Below are positions 53,847-64,000 of a DNA stretch of 64,000 nt, one piece after another. The translations under genes and the position numbers were made by a program. The notes under the pieces are model-generated. The model searched no databases. It was not told where the DNA came from and saw only the letters and a program-made list of their open reading frames with translations. Numbering within the stretch: the first letter of the stretch is position 1; each line of letters starts with the position of its first letter. Source of the DNA: Candidatus Levybacteria bacterium RIFCSPLOWO2_02_FULL_37_18 (GTDB taxonomy: Bacteria; Patescibacteriota; Microgenomatia; Levybacterales; UBA12049); contig MFPD01000005.1 in NCBI GenBank assembly GCA_001784115.1, positions 7,074-71,073 on the forward strand, in the 5' to 3' direction.

Positions 53847-54881
53847 ATGGAAGAAGCGCTTATAAATATTAAAAATACTGCCCTTTCTTTTATACTGGAA
53901 ACCGACGATCCTAAAAATCTTGAGGAAATTAAACTGCAGTTTTTAGGCAGAGGAGGTAAATTGACCCTTGCAATAAAAGAAATAACAAGACTTCCCCAAG
54001 AAAAAAGAAGAGAAGTAGGAATGCTTGCCAATGAGGTTAAACAGACAATAGAAAATACAATCTCAGAGCGCTTGCAAAAGTTAACCCAAAAAAAACATAT
54101 AAGCCTTTCAAAAAAACTTGACGTAACAAATCCTGGTGCAAAACCTCCTTTGGGCCATTTACATTTAGTTACCCAAGCCATCGAAGAAATAACCTACATT
54201 TTTGAGCATATTGGGTTTAGTCGCGTTAGATATCCTGAGATCGAATGGGATTATTATGCCTTTACGGCGCTTAATTTCCCAAAAGACCACCCGGCCCGCG
54301 ACGATTGGGAAACTTTTTTTATAAAAGAAGAAACAAACCCTAAGATGGGAGAGATACTATTAACGCCTCATACCTCCTCAGGACAAGTCAGGGAAATGCA
54401 AAAAAAACAATTGCCCATAAAAATGCTTAATATTGCCAAATGTTATAGAAGACAATCCGACGTATCCCACACACCTATGTTTCATCAATTTGAAGGATTA
54501 GTAATGGGAAAAGATATTTCTATTTCACATTTGAAAGGAACATTAGACTATTTTGTCAAATCTTATTTTGGAGAAAAACGCCAGTTCCGTATTAGACCGT
54601 ATCATTTTCAGTTTACAGAACCATCATTTGAGGTTGATGTAACGTGTGGCGTTTGTCTTGGAAAAGGGTGTAAGCTTTGTAAAGCTGGATGGTTGGAAAT
54701 GGGAGGAGCAGGAATGGTTCATCCAAACGTTTTAAAATTTGGAGGAATTGATTCCAAGGAATTCACCGGATTTGCATTCGGTTGGGGAGTTGAAAGAGTA
54801 CTTATGATGAAAGAAGGAATTGAAATAGATGACTTACGATTACTGTATTCAAATAAACTTGAATTTTTAGAACAATTCTAA
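53847..54881 (+). CDS. pheS: phenylalanyl-tRNA synthetase alpha subunit
   Basis: FHQFEGLVMG, IRPYHFQFTEPSFEVDV, GWGVERVLM. Confidence 0.9.
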   Translation: MEEALINIKNTALSFILETDDPKNLEEIKLQFLGRGGKLTLAIKEITRLPQEKRREVGMLANEVKQTIENTISERLQKLTQKKHISLSKKLDVTNPGAKPPLGHLHLVTQAIEEITYIFEHIGFSRVRYPEIEWDYYAFTALNFPKDHPARDDWETFFIKEETNPKMGEILLTPHTSSGQVREMQKKQLPIKMLNIAKCYRRQSDVSHTPMFHQFEGLVMGKDISISHLKGTLDYFVKSYFGEKRQFRIRPYHFQFTEPSFEVDVTCGVCLGKGCKLCKAGWLEMGGAGMVHPNVLKFGGIDSKEFTGFAFGWGVERVLMMKEGIEIDDLRLLYSNKLEFLEQF

Positions 54882-54884
54882 GCT

Positions 54885-56837
54885 ATGAATATAAAAATAT
54901 TAGACAGCTGGTTACGCGAATTTTTACAAGCAAAAGCAACTCCAAAACAAATTTCTCAAAATTTGTCTCTAACAAGTGTTTCCATTGAAAGAATACAAGC
55001 GTATAAAAAAGATTTTATATATGATATTGAGGTCACAACCAATAGACCTGATCTTGCGAGTGTTAGTGGAATTGCAAGAGAAGCTTCTGCTGTTTTACCT
55101 CAATTCGGTATTGATGCGAAATATACCCCTCCTTCTTTGTCAAAACCTAAAGACATAAAAGAGAAAACAAAAGTTACTATTGTTAATGATAAAACTATTG
55201 TAAATAGAGTATGCGCAGTCGCAATGGAAGTAACCGTAAAACCGCCTCCTGATAAAATTACGGAAAGGCTCCTTACTTCAGACATTAGGAGTCTAAACAA
55301 TCTCATCGATATAACAAACTATGTTATGAGAACCATCGGACATCCGACGCATGTATTTGATCTTGATAAAATCGGCAAACAAACAGTTATTATCAGACCA
55401 TCTAAAAAAGGGGAGAAAATTAAAACTCTGGATAAAAAAGAGTACATTCTGCCCGGAGGGGATATTATTGCAGAAGACGGAAATGGAGAAATTATTGATC
55501 TTCTGGGAATTATGGGACTTGCCAACAGTGTGGTTTCGGAAAGTACGAAAAGAATTTTATTTTTTCTTGACAATAATAACCCCAGTCATCTTAGAAAAAC
55601 GTCTATGACTCTTGGCATTCGCTCGGACGCTGTTGCCTTAAATGAAAAAGGAGTAGACCCCGAGCTTGCCATGGATGCGTTTTTATTCGGTATTGATCTG
55701 TATAAAAAATTTGCTGATGCAAAAATAATTTCTGAAATTATTGACATTTATCCAAATAAACCAAGATTAAAAACAATCTCTGTTTCAAAAGAAAAAATTG
55801 ATGCTGTTATTGGAATTCCCGTCTCTCTAAAAACTTCTTTAGAAATTTTAGGCAATCTTGGTTTTAAAACAAAAACAAGTGGAAAAAATATATTTGTTAT
55901 CGTTCCATCATATAGAGAAAAAGACATTGCTATAGAGGAGGACCTTATTGAAGAAATTGCAAGAGTGTATGGATACCATAATATTCCGTCGGTTCTTCCG
56001 AAAATTTCGGTTCCCAAAACTCCCGCACTTGAAAAAAATGAATTTTTTTGGGAACGCCGTTTTAAAGAAGCATTAAAATACTGGGGATTTACAGAAACAT
56101 ATACGTATTCTATGGTTTCTGAGGATTTATACGAAGGTCCAATTGAGCAAGCGGTCACGATTAAAAATCCGCTTTCAACCGATTGGATATATATGAGAAA
56201 AACCCTTGTTCCCAGTTTACTCTCTGTTTTAAAAGAAAATTCAAATAGAGATGAGGTAAAATTATTCGAACTGGCAAATGTCTATACGAAAAAGGAACAT
56301 GACCTCCCTAAAGAGACGCTAAGCTTAGCTGGCGTAATTAGAAAACCTTCACTTTCTTTTTTTGAAGTAAAAGGAATAATTGAACAATTACTTCACAACG
56401 CAGGTATTGATAATCTTTCATTTAAAAAAAGTGACTCCGTGCCTGGTGCTGATATTTTGATAGGTACAGCACATACCGGATCAATAGAAGTGCTGGATGA
56501 TGAGGTTGTTAATTTTGAACTTAACTTTGAAGAAATAGTAACACATGCAACGCTCAAAAAAATCTATAAACCGATTTATAAATACCCGCCAGTTATAGAG
56601 GATATTGCAATTATTATCTCGGAAGATGTCCCAACAAACGAAATCAGAGAAGAGATCCTAAAACAAAGTAGTCTTATTGAAGATGTAAGTTTACTTGATA
56701 CTTTCGAGAATACACGCACATTTCACATTCTATACCAAAATCCGGAAAAAAATTTAACGTCAAAGGATATCGAACCGATTAGGACAAAGATTCTTGCGGC
56801 TCTTACAGAAAAATTCGGAGCGAAATTAAAGGAATAA
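54885..56837 (+). CDS. pheT: phenylalanyl-tRNA synthetase beta subunit (short form)
   Basis: B3/4 and B5 domains plus C-terminal FDX-ACB; immediately follows pheS. Confidence 0.85.
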   Translation: MNIKILDSWLREFLQAKATPKQISQNLSLTSVSIERIQAYKKDFIYDIEVTTNRPDLASVSGIAREASAVLPQFGIDAKYTPPSLSKPKDIKEKTKVTIVNDKTIVNRVCAVAMEVTVKPPPDKITERLLTSDIRSLNNLIDITNYVMRTIGHPTHVFDLDKIGKQTVIIRPSKKGEKIKTLDKKEYILPGGDIIAEDGNGEIIDLLGIMGLANSVVSESTKRILFFLDNNNPSHLRKTSMTLGIRSDAVALNEKGVDPELAMDAFLFGIDLYKKFADAKIISEIIDIYPNKPRLKTISVSKEKIDAVIGIPVSLKTSLEILGNLGFKTKTSGKNIFVIVPSYREKDIAIEEDLIEEIARVYGYHNIPSVLPKISVPKTPALEKNEFFWERRFKEALKYWGFTETYTYSMVSEDLYEGPIEQAVTIKNPLSTDWIYMRKTLVPSLLSVLKENSNRDEVKLFELANVYTKKEHDLPKETLSLAGVIRKPSLSFFEVKGIIEQLLHNAGIDNLSFKKSDSVPGADILIGTAHTGSIEVLDDEVVNFELNFEEIVTHATLKKIYKPIYKYPPVIEDIAIIISEDVPTNEIREEILKQSSLIEDVSLLDTFENTRTFHILYQNPEKNLTSKDIEPIRTKILAALTEKFGAKLKE

Positions 56838-56839
56838 TT

Positions 56840-57163
56840 ATGCATACTGCCTACCTTGTTTTAATTTCGATTCTTTTTGCAATTACCATAATCGTTGACC
56901 GATTCTACGCAAAAGTTTCAAACCGTTATCTCTCTAAACTTTTCATAGCAATTCTATTTAATTTCAGCATCTTTTTCTTTCTGGTATATGTTGGCATCCA
57001 CATGAATATTTGGTATTACAACAACCAAGGAATATTGGGAATGTATTATCTTTCGATTCCGTTTGAAGAATATCTGTATATGATATTTGCTCCCTACTCC
57101 TCAATTGTATTATGGGAAAGCTTTCATAAAACAATAAAAAGAAACGTTAAGAAAAAAAGATAA
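56840..57163 (+). CDS. lycopene-cyclase-domain (CrtYc/Yd-type) small membrane protein
   Basis: about 107 aa, 3 TM, PhEE motif (SIPFEEYLYMIF). Confidence 0.45.
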   Translation: MHTAYLVLISILFAITIIVDRFYAKVSNRYLSKLFIAILFNFSIFFFLVYVGIHMNIWYYNNQGILGMYYLSIPFEEYLYMIFAPYSSIVLWESFHKTIKRNVKKKR

Positions 57164-57165
57164 TT

Positions 57166-57465
57166 ATGAATTTTACATTTTTCTTCTACCTTTTATTTTT
57201 TCTGCCTTTGTTAATCTTTTTTGTATGGGTCACAAAAGAAAAAGTTTTAAAAGATGAACCAATATTTTGGGAATATACGGCAGGCATAGTTTTTCTACTT
57301 ATTATCCTTGGAGACATTGCCATAAATACTCAACAATGGTTTTGGACACGATCATCAACAATGGGAATATATATTGGCAATCACCCAATTGAAGCTATTA
57401 TTCAAGCATCTATTACTCCTCTATTTATCATCTCCGTTTGGGAATTCATAAAAAGGCAAAAATAA
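57166..57465 (+). CDS. second lycopene-cyclase-domain-like small membrane protein (partner of 56840..57163)
   Basis: 99 aa, 3 TM, degenerate motif NHPIEAII; adjacent gene pair layout. Confidence 0.4.
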   Translation: MNFTFFFYLLFFLPLLIFFVWVTKEKVLKDEPIFWEYTAGIVFLLIILGDIAINTQQWFWTRSSTMGIYIGNHPIEAIIQASITPLFIISVWEFIKRQK

Positions 57466-57472
57466 TAATTCC

Positions 57473-59818
57473 TTATTCTACGGGAGTAGATGTTGGGGTA
57501 GGGGAAGGAGTTGATGTTGGAATATTTGTTGGGGCAGGAGTGGGAGTGTCAGAAACAACTCGAGTAGATTTTTCGGTTGGTGGATGATATAAAGGATCGT
57601 CTTTATAGGTTTCATTAACCCATTTATCAATTCCTTCCTGCCATCTGTTTTTTCCATCTCCGGAAACAGGATCATCTTCGTGTAAAACGATAAACTTTTT
57701 TGTTTCATATTCGTTTTTTGCTATTTCGCTGTCGCTTGCCAATTTTTTTGAATCTGCTTTAGAAATTTTAAGCGTTTTATAAATTTCTGACTGTCCCTGG
57801 GGTTGAGTTCCTTTTATAAAATATTCTGCTCTCGTTGGTTTTCCTTCAACCGGAAGACCTCCTCCTAATGAATCTATCGTTACTGCTTCAACGTTTTCTG
57901 GTGGTTCAAAATCACCGCTTGGATGAGTTTTAAGCGCTTCTAAAATAATTCTTCGCCAAATTGGGGCCGCGCCTGTTACACCAGAGGCGACATTTCCCAT
58001 AGGACTATTGTCATTATTACCAACCCAGGTTGTCACCAAAACACTTGGCGTCCAACCGATTGTCCAGTTGTCCCGCTTGTCATCTGTTGTGCCGGTTTTA
58101 ACAGCAATAGTTCTTCCTCTAACATGTAAATAGCTGTTTTCCCCAAAGGTTATAAGTCTGGCATTATTATCCGAAAGTATATGGGAAATAATAAAGGCAA
58201 CTTCAGGACTTATCACCCGTTTTGGAGCTGTTTTTTTATACTCGTATAATACTTTTCCTTTTCTATCCGTAACCTTTAAGATTGTAATTGGATCAACTTT
58301 GTATCCACCATTAGCAAACGCGCTGTATGCTCCTGCGATTTCAATAATTCTGACTTCTCCTCCTCCCAAAGTAATGGACAACCCAAACCGTTTTATATTC
58401 TCATTGGTTGGAGCAAGTGTTAATATTCCCATACTATTTGCCGTGGTTAACATATTTTTTACCCCAACCAAAGACAGCATTTTTACCGCTGGAACATTTA
58501 AAGACGAGCCTAACGTAAACCGCATTTGTACAGGACCGTGATATTTTCTGTCGTAATTTTCCGGCTCGTAGTCTTTTTCTTGCCCTGGGTTAGGAAATAC
58601 GGTTTTTGTATCCAAAAAAAGTGTTGACGCAGTATATCCTTTTTCCAGAGCTGTTGCGTACGTAATTGGTTTTATGGCCGAGCCGGGTTGCCTAAGACCA
58701 TCAACTACAACATTAAACTGCCCGCTGAATTTTTCATCTTTTTTCTCATTTTCTTCCATGCCTTCAAAAAAGTTTTTGCTGCCAACCATTGCCAATACTT
58801 CACCTGTTTTAGGATCAACTGCTATACTTGCACCATTGCCGACTTTTAAAGATTTTGCTGATTCGACTTCTTCTTTGACAATTTTTTCCGCTTGTTCTTG
58901 TAATTTGTAATCCAAGGTTGTGGTAACCTGTAATCCGCCGCTTTCGACAACATTTTCGCCAAATTGTTTAATCAATAAATCTTTAACATAAAAAGAAAAA
59001 TGCGGTGCTTTTATAGATGAATCGTTGGATTGAAATTGAATGGAAGGAAGCGCTTTTACACTGTCCAGCTCTTGCTTACGAGTAATATATCCGTCTTCTC
59101 TCATGCGGCGCAATACATCCGTAGTCCTCGCAATATATGCTTTTGGATACTTGCCATTTGGGGAATAATACGAAGGCCGTTGGGGAAATCCTGCTAAAAC
59201 CGCAGACTCAACCAAATTTAGTTCTTTAGCTTTTTTACCAAAATACCGCTGCGACGCAGCTTCTACACCAACCGCAGTTCCACCATAAGGAGCAACGTTT
59301 AAATAGAGCTCCAATATCTGGTCTTTAGAATATTTTTTTTCTACTTCAATCGATAGAATAAATTCCTTAATTTTTCGAGGCAATGTCCTTTCGGAAGAAA
59401 GCAAGGCATTTTTTACTAATTGTTGAGTTAGAGTAGAACCCCCGGTTACACCCCGAAAAAGAAGAGTATCTTTTATTACCCGCAAATACCCCAAGACAGA
59501 AAAACCTTGGTTTGTGTAAAAATCTTTGTTTTCTATGGCAATGGTTGCTTGTTGAAAAATTTTGGGAATACCCGAAAGAGAAACGTACGTCCTGTCTTGC
59601 TCTTTAAACACGTCGTACAAAACTACTCCATTTCTGTCTAAAATCTTTGTGGACTCAGATAAGTTGCTTGCGGATAATTTTCCCGGAGTCGGTAAATCTC
59701 TTGAATACCACAGGAATAATAAAAATGTAATAACGACAAATGTTATAAGGCCATAAAACGAAAAGGTAACCAACGTATGAACAAAAAAAATATTACTTCT
59801 TCTTTGCCGTCGCCTCAT
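57473..59818 (-). CDS. class A penicillin-binding protein (PBP1A: transglycosylase plus transpeptidase) with Pro/Thr-rich C-terminal tail
   Basis: GT51 motifs RGVTGGSTLTQQLVKN; transpeptidase KTGTT; N-terminal TM. Confidence 0.9.
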   Translation of the reverse strand: MRRRQRRSNIFFVHTLVTFSFYGLITFVVITFLLFLWYSRDLPTPGKLSASNLSESTKILDRNGVVLYDVFKEQDRTYVSLSGIPKIFQQATIAIENKDFYTNQGFSVLGYLRVIKDTLLFRGVTGGSTLTQQLVKNALLSSERTLPRKIKEFILSIEVEKKYSKDQILELYLNVAPYGGTAVGVEAASQRYFGKKAKELNLVESAVLAGFPQRPSYYSPNGKYPKAYIARTTDVLRRMREDGYITRKQELDSVKALPSIQFQSNDSSIKAPHFSFYVKDLLIKQFGENVVESGGLQVTTTLDYKLQEQAEKIVKEEVESAKSLKVGNGASIAVDPKTGEVLAMVGSKNFFEGMEENEKKDEKFSGQFNVVVDGLRQPGSAIKPITYATALEKGYTASTLFLDTKTVFPNPGQEKDYEPENYDRKYHGPVQMRFTLGSSLNVPAVKMLSLVGVKNMLTTANSMGILTLAPTNENIKRFGLSITLGGGEVRIIEIAGAYSAFANGGYKVDPITILKVTDRKGKVLYEYKKTAPKRVISPEVAFIISHILSDNNARLITFGENSYLHVRGRTIAVKTGTTDDKRDNWTIGWTPSVLVTTWVGNNDNSPMGNVASGVTGAAPIWRRIILEALKTHPSGDFEPPENVEAVTIDSLGGGLPVEGKPTRAEYFIKGTQPQGQSEIYKTLKISKADSKKLASDSEIAKNEYETKKFIVLHEDDPVSGDGKNRWQEGIDKWVNETYKDDPLYHPPTEKSTRVVSDTPTPAPTNIPTSTPSPTPTSTPVE

Positions 59819-59857
59819 TATTTAATTATAATCGCTCCTTAGAAAATATGCTATACT

Positions 59858-61045
59858 TTGAGCATGGATAAGATTGAAGAATTATTAACAAGAGGTGTGG
59901 ATAGTATTTATCCTACCAAAGAAGAACTGGAAAAAGTCTTGCGTTCTGGAAAGAAGTTAAAACTGTATCAAGGTTTTGATCCAACCGGAACAAATCTTCA
60001 TATAGGACACATGGTGGGTTTTAGGAAACTACGAGCATGGCAGGATTTGGGTCACCATGTTATTTTTTTAATTGGCGATGGCACAGGCCAGGCAGGAGAC
60101 CCGTCTGGCAAAACAAAGGCTCGCGAAAAATTCTTTACCCGAGAAGAACTAAGAGCAAACGCTGTTGACTATGTAAAACAAGCCGGCAAAATAGTGCGAT
60201 TCGAAGGGGAAAATCCTGTCGAAATTTTGTTCAACGGTGATTGGCTAAACGAACTAAAACTGGTTGAAATTTTAAATATTATGGATCATGTATCGTTCCA
60301 ACAAATATTGGAACGGGATTTATTTCAGGAAAGATTAAAACTGGGCGAAGAAATCAAATATCGAGAATTTTTTTATCCGCTGCTTCAAGGGTATGATTCG
60401 GTAGCTATGGAGGTTGATCTTGAACTTGGAGGTTCCGATCAAACATTCAACATGTTAGTAGGAAGAAAGCTGGTCAAAGAAATGTTAAAAAAAGAGAAAT
60501 TTGTGATGACAACTCCACTTCTTACCGATTCAGAAGGAAGAAAGATTGGAAAAACAGAAGGCAATGTAATAGCTCTTACCGATAATCCAAATGATTTGTA
60601 CGGGAAAATCATGGGATTGCCAGATGACGTCATTATAAAAGGATCCGAATATCTTACCGATGTTTCCATTGATCAAATCAGGAAATTCAAACAACAAGAC
60701 CCACTGAATGCTAAAAAACAATTGGCATTTGAGATTGTTAAACAACTACATAGTCAAAAAGATGCTCAAGAAGCAGAAGAACAGTTTGAAAAAACAGTTC
60801 AAAAACACGAAATTCCGCAGGATGTTCCGGAAGTAGAACTAAAAAAAGAAACTCCTGTAAATGAAGACTTACTTGTTACATTGGGCTTTGCAACGTCAAA
60901 ATCAGAAGCTAGAAGACTTTTTGAACAAGGTGGAGTAGAAATAGATGGAGAAAGAATGAGTGAGCCTCCAAATAATCCCGTTAAAGAAGGAATGATTCTT
61001 AAAGTTGGCAAGCGAAAATTTGCAAAAATAAAGATTAAAGGTTAA
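59858..61045 (+). CDS. tyrS: tyrosyl-tRNA synthetase (with C-terminal S4 domain)
   Basis: HIGH (LHIGHMVG), KIGKT (KMSKS-like), C-terminal S4-like domain. Confidence 0.85.
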   Translation: MSMDKIEELLTRGVDSIYPTKEELEKVLRSGKKLKLYQGFDPTGTNLHIGHMVGFRKLRAWQDLGHHVIFLIGDGTGQAGDPSGKTKAREKFFTREELRANAVDYVKQAGKIVRFEGENPVEILFNGDWLNELKLVEILNIMDHVSFQQILERDLFQERLKLGEEIKYREFFYPLLQGYDSVAMEVDLELGGSDQTFNMLVGRKLVKEMLKKEKFVMTTPLLTDSEGRKIGKTEGNVIALTDNPNDLYGKIMGLPDDVIIKGSEYLTDVSIDQIRKFKQQDPLNAKKQLAFEIVKQLHSQKDAQEAEEQFEKTVQKHEIPQDVPEVELKKETPVNEDLLVTLGFATSKSEARRLFEQGGVEIDGERMSEPPNNPVKEGMILKVGKRKFAKIKIKG

Positions 61046-61066
61046 AATACTGCCGCATGGTGTTGT

Positions 61067-61093
61067 GTCATCCTGAACTTGATTCAGAACGAC
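61067..61093. repeat. palindromic element (gtcatcctgaacttgattcagaacgac) between tyrS and purH
   Basis: GTCATCCTGAA / TTCAGAACGAC imperfect inverted repeat. Confidence 0.6.
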
Positions 61094-61094
61094 A

Positions 61095-62747
61095 ATGAAT
61101 ATGCGAACAAAAATTCAAAAGTATGCTTTAATTAGTGTCTTTGATAAAAAAGGTATTGCAATTTTGGCAAAAAAACTTCATGAACTTGGGTACAAAATTA
61201 TTTCAACCGGTGGCACTGCAAAATACCTTACTCAAAATCGAATACCAAATATACCCGTTAGCACCGTCACTCATAAACCCGAATGCTTTGACGGTAGGAT
61301 TAAAACAATCAGCTTTGAAATTGAAGGTGGAATATTATTCGACCGGACAAATCCCGATCACGTTGACCAAGCAAAAAAGTTTAAAATCAAACCAATTGAT
61401 ATTGTTGTATGCAATTTATATCCTTTCGAACAAACTTCTGCAAAGCAGAATACAACACTTGAGGAGGTTGTGGAGCACATTGATGTTGGCGGTCCAACGA
61501 TAATCCGAGCAGCAGCGAAAAACTATAAAAACGTGTTGATTGTGGTGGATCAGAATGATTATGATAGCGTGGAAACGTACCTCGAGAGTCGTCATTCTGG
61601 CAAGGTCGCTTCAACGACCGCATCCAGAATCTTCCAAGGCAATGAGAGATCCTGGACAGAGAGTTCAGCTCTCACAAGCCAGGATGACGAAGGATTTAGA
61701 AAACCATTAGCTGCCAAAGCGTTTGCCCATTTATCGGTTTATGATTCCCAAATAGCCTCGTTTTTATCAGCTGAGCTATTCCCCAAAGAAATTACTATTC
61801 CCGGCAGACTCCAAACTCACCTTCGCTACGGAGAAAACCCGCATCAGCAAGCAAGCTTATATGTGATCCCAAACCAAACCTCAATATTAAAAAACTTAGA
61901 GCAACTTTCAGGAAGAAAATTATCTGCAACAAATGTGGAAGACATAAATGCCGGAATTGAATCAGTCAGATTTTTTAAAAAACCCTGTGCTGTTGTGATA
62001 AAACATAATAATCCCTGCGGAATCTCTCTTGGCGAGACGTCAAAACAGGCACTTCAAAGATCCATACTTGCAGATGCAGAGTCAGCATTTGGAGGCGTAA
62101 TTGTGTTAAATAAACCGCTTGATGTTGGGGCCGCAAAAGTTATTGCAGATTTTAAAGACGAAAAAAGAAGTAATATAGACATTGTTGCCTCTCCTTCAAT
62201 TGAAAAAAGAGCCTTGGAATTATTAAAAACTGTAAGAAAATCAATGGGCGTATACGAATTTGGTGATATACAAAAAATCAACCCCCTGCAAATAAAAGCG
62301 CTCGATGGAACTTTTATTCTCCAAACTACCGATGCAGTCGACGAACAAAGTTTTAACTCCTGGAAAGTTGTCACCACAACAAAACCAACCAAAATACAAC
62401 TGGAACAAGCCAAACTTGCTTGGAGATTTATCTCTCGTATTCGATCAAACGCAATCGTGATAGTTGACAAATCCCTGCCAATGACAAGGGGAATCGGCAC
62501 GGGTCAAACCTCACGGATTAGATCGGTAAAAATCGCCCTTGAGCAAGCAGGCGGGTATGCCAAAGATGCAATTTTAGCAAGTGATAGTTTTTTCCCTTTT
62601 GATGACGTAATTAAACTCGCTTCCGAGTACAAAATAGGTACAATTATCCAGCAAGGCGGATCTATCAACGACAAAGCTTCAATTGATGCTTGTAACAAAA
62701 CCTGTATTCCCATGATTTTTACCCATAGACGTGCTTTCTGGCACTAA
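61095..62747 (+). CDS. purH: bifunctional AICAR transformylase / IMP cyclohydrolase
   Basis: N-terminal MGS-like ALISVFDKKGI...STGGTAKYL; C-terminal GIGTGQTSRIRSVKIA. Confidence 0.85.
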   Translation: MNMRTKIQKYALISVFDKKGIAILAKKLHELGYKIISTGGTAKYLTQNRIPNIPVSTVTHKPECFDGRIKTISFEIEGGILFDRTNPDHVDQAKKFKIKPIDIVVCNLYPFEQTSAKQNTTLEEVVEHIDVGGPTIIRAAAKNYKNVLIVVDQNDYDSVETYLESRHSGKVASTTASRIFQGNERSWTESSALTSQDDEGFRKPLAAKAFAHLSVYDSQIASFLSAELFPKEITIPGRLQTHLRYGENPHQQASLYVIPNQTSILKNLEQLSGRKLSATNVEDINAGIESVRFFKKPCAVVIKHNNPCGISLGETSKQALQRSILADAESAFGGVIVLNKPLDVGAAKVIADFKDEKRSNIDIVASPSIEKRALELLKTVRKSMGVYEFGDIQKINPLQIKALDGTFILQTTDAVDEQSFNSWKVVTTTKPTKIQLEQAKLAWRFISRIRSNAIVIVDKSLPMTRGIGTGQTSRIRSVKIALEQAGGYAKDAILASDSFFPFDDVIKLASEYKIGTIIQQGGSINDKASIDACNKTCIPMIFTHRRAFWH

Positions 62748-62789
62748 AAAGTTAAAAATTCAAAATTCAAAATTACAGTTTAAAATAAT

Positions 62790-62841
62790 GTCATGCTGAA
62801 CTGGATTCAGCATCTAGGACACTGAAACAAGTTCGGGGTGA
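62790..62841. repeat. palindromic element (gtcatgctgaactggattcagcat...ctgaaacaagttcggggtgac) between purH and purD
   Basis: TGTCAT-type termini, internal hairpins shared with 41445.. and 53765.. copies. Confidence 0.7.
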
Positions 62842-62893
62842 CCTTTGGTCAATTTTTCACTTTTAACTTTGAACTTTTAATTTGATACTCACC

Positions 62894-64000
62894 ATGAGAA
62901 TTAAAAAGCAAAATACAGTTCTTGTAGTTGACGGAGGGGGAAGAGGAGCAGCTTTGGTTGATGCGTACGCAAAAAGTAAGCATGTTTCCCTGCTTTTGGC
63001 TATTCCGGGAAATGACCTCATGCGAATAAATACAAAAAAACCTGTCAAGATTTTTACTCATCTCAAAACCACAAGTATTAAAAAAATTTTAGAAATTTGT
63101 AAAAAGGAACATGTAGATTTAGTTGACGTTGCACAAGATAATGCTGTGGAGTCGGGATTAGTTGATGAACTTGAAAAAATTGAAATTTCCGCTTTTGGAC
63201 CCACCAGGCTTGCAGGACAGATTGAATGGGATAAAGCCTGGGCAAGAAAATTCATGAAGACTTATAATCTCCCAACCCCATCATATAAAATTTTTAAAAG
63301 CCGGCAGGACGGAATTGACTTTGTTAAAAAGCAAAAAGATCAAAAATGGTTTGTGAAAGCGTATGGACTCGTAGAAGGAAAAGGAGCGCTTCCGGCCGAA
63401 AACAACCAACAAGCTATAGAAAGAATCAAAGAAATGAAACGATTTGGAAAAGCCGGAGAAGTATTTCTACTTGAGCAGTGGCTTGTCGGAGAGGAATTTT
63501 CCTCATTTATCCTTGCGGACGGTAAAAGCTTTCAGCTTATAGGATCTGCTCAGGATCATAAACGTGTATTTGACGGGGATTTGGGAAAAAACACCGGAGG
63601 CATGGGTTGTTCGACACCTCCTCTTGTCTTAACAGCAAAAATCCTAAAACAAGTTGAAAACATTTTTAAAAAAACGCTCATTGGCCTTCAAAAGGAAGAA
63701 AGGATATACAAAGGAATTCTTTACCTGGGAGGAATTATAGTCAAAGGAAATGTGTATATTATTGAATTTAACGCGCGCTGGGGAGATCCGGAAGCAGAAG
63801 TTATTATCCCGGGTATTAAAAATGATCTGTTTGAGATATCAACTGCTGTGATTAACGGTACGCTAAACACAATTAAAGTCGACTTTGATAACAAAGCCAG
63901 AATTGCTGTTGCCGGTGCGTCAAAAGGATACCCGGAAGACTACTCAGCTGTCAAAGGAAAAGAAATAATAGGTTTGGAAAAGGCTCAAAAAATTCCGGAA
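62894..64000 (+). CDS. purD: phosphoribosylamine-glycine ligase, 3'-truncated by window end
   Basis: MRIKKQNTVLVVDGGGRGAALVDAY...ATP-grasp region EFNARWGDPEAEV. Confidence 0.85.
   Translation, partial: MRIKKQNTVLVVDGGGRGAALVDAYAKSKHVSLLLAIPGNDLMRINTKKPVKIFTHLKTTSIKKILEICKKEHVDLVDVAQDNAVESGLVDELEKIEISAFGPTRLAGQIEWDKAWARKFMKTYNLPTPSYKIFKSRQDGIDFVKKQKDQKWFVKAYGLVEGKGALPAENNQQAIERIKEMKRFGKAGEVFLLEQWLVGEEFSSFILADGKSFQLIGSAQDHKRVFDGDLGKNTGGMGCSTPPLVLTAKILKQVENIFKKTLIGLQKEERIYKGILYLGGIIVKGNVYIIEFNARWGDPEAEVIIPGIKNDLFEISTAVINGTLNTIKVDFDNKARIAVAGASKGYPEDYSAVKGKEIIGLEKAQKIPE

Overview
The window is AT-rich bacterial DNA; the organisation (small genome style, giant surface proteins, a split ComEC, many translation genes) resembles Patescibacteria/CPR-like bacteria, which is an inference only. 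The backbone is ordinary housekeeping: rho; leuS, argS, thrS, pheS/pheT and tyrS; infC-rpmI-rplT; ndk; purH and a partial purD; PBP1A; comEA and a split comEC; a histidine kinase, a receiver domain and a frameshifted FliA-like sigma factor; and three tRNAs (Ala-GGC, Phe-GAA, Val-GAC). Four layers of unusual structure sit on top of that.

(1) A minus-strand locus of about 20 kb (9364-29606) encodes three giant surface proteins (1600, 2455 and 1769 aa) plus two small secreted proteins. The 1600-aa protein is a LamG/ConA-like lectin repeat protein with an internal tandem duplication. The 2455-aa protein has an in-frame N-terminal Xis/MerR-type HTH, a coding G9 homopolymer tract and a Gly-rich high-GC block. 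The 1769-aa protein has two tandem integrase N-terminal SAM-like core-binding domains upstream of its TM helix. The latter two share a conserved C-terminal domain ending NW[WL]IVN and a near-identical gene-conversion tract. No catalytic recombinase is present in the window.

(2) A superfamily of TGTCAT...ATGACA two-tier palindromic elements is found at more than 25 sites. Several are inserted in frame into essential genes (leuS x3, argS, the histidine kinase, all three giant genes) as VIA..K(Q)S..PRND(N/S) peptides. One copy supplies the ATGACA start codon of a giant gene and another encodes part of a signal peptide. A RAYT/IS200-like HuH Y1 transposase gene (36061-36918), itself carrying palindromes and 15-bp tandem repeats, lies in the same window.

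(3) Short heptamer-periodic tandem repeats (caaatca, ggaaatt, caattta, ttcacaa and similar) are inserted in frame into leuS, argS, thrS and an M16 peptidase.

(4) A tRNA-Phe-proximal island (44.6-48.9 kb) has a high-GC core and contains a frameshifted IS4/Tn5-like transposase, a DinD/Bro-N-like gene, an XRE regulator, a truncated membrane protein and an N-terminal fragment of an rve-family transposase. A 150-bp element is also repeated at 28710-28857 and 33748-33894.
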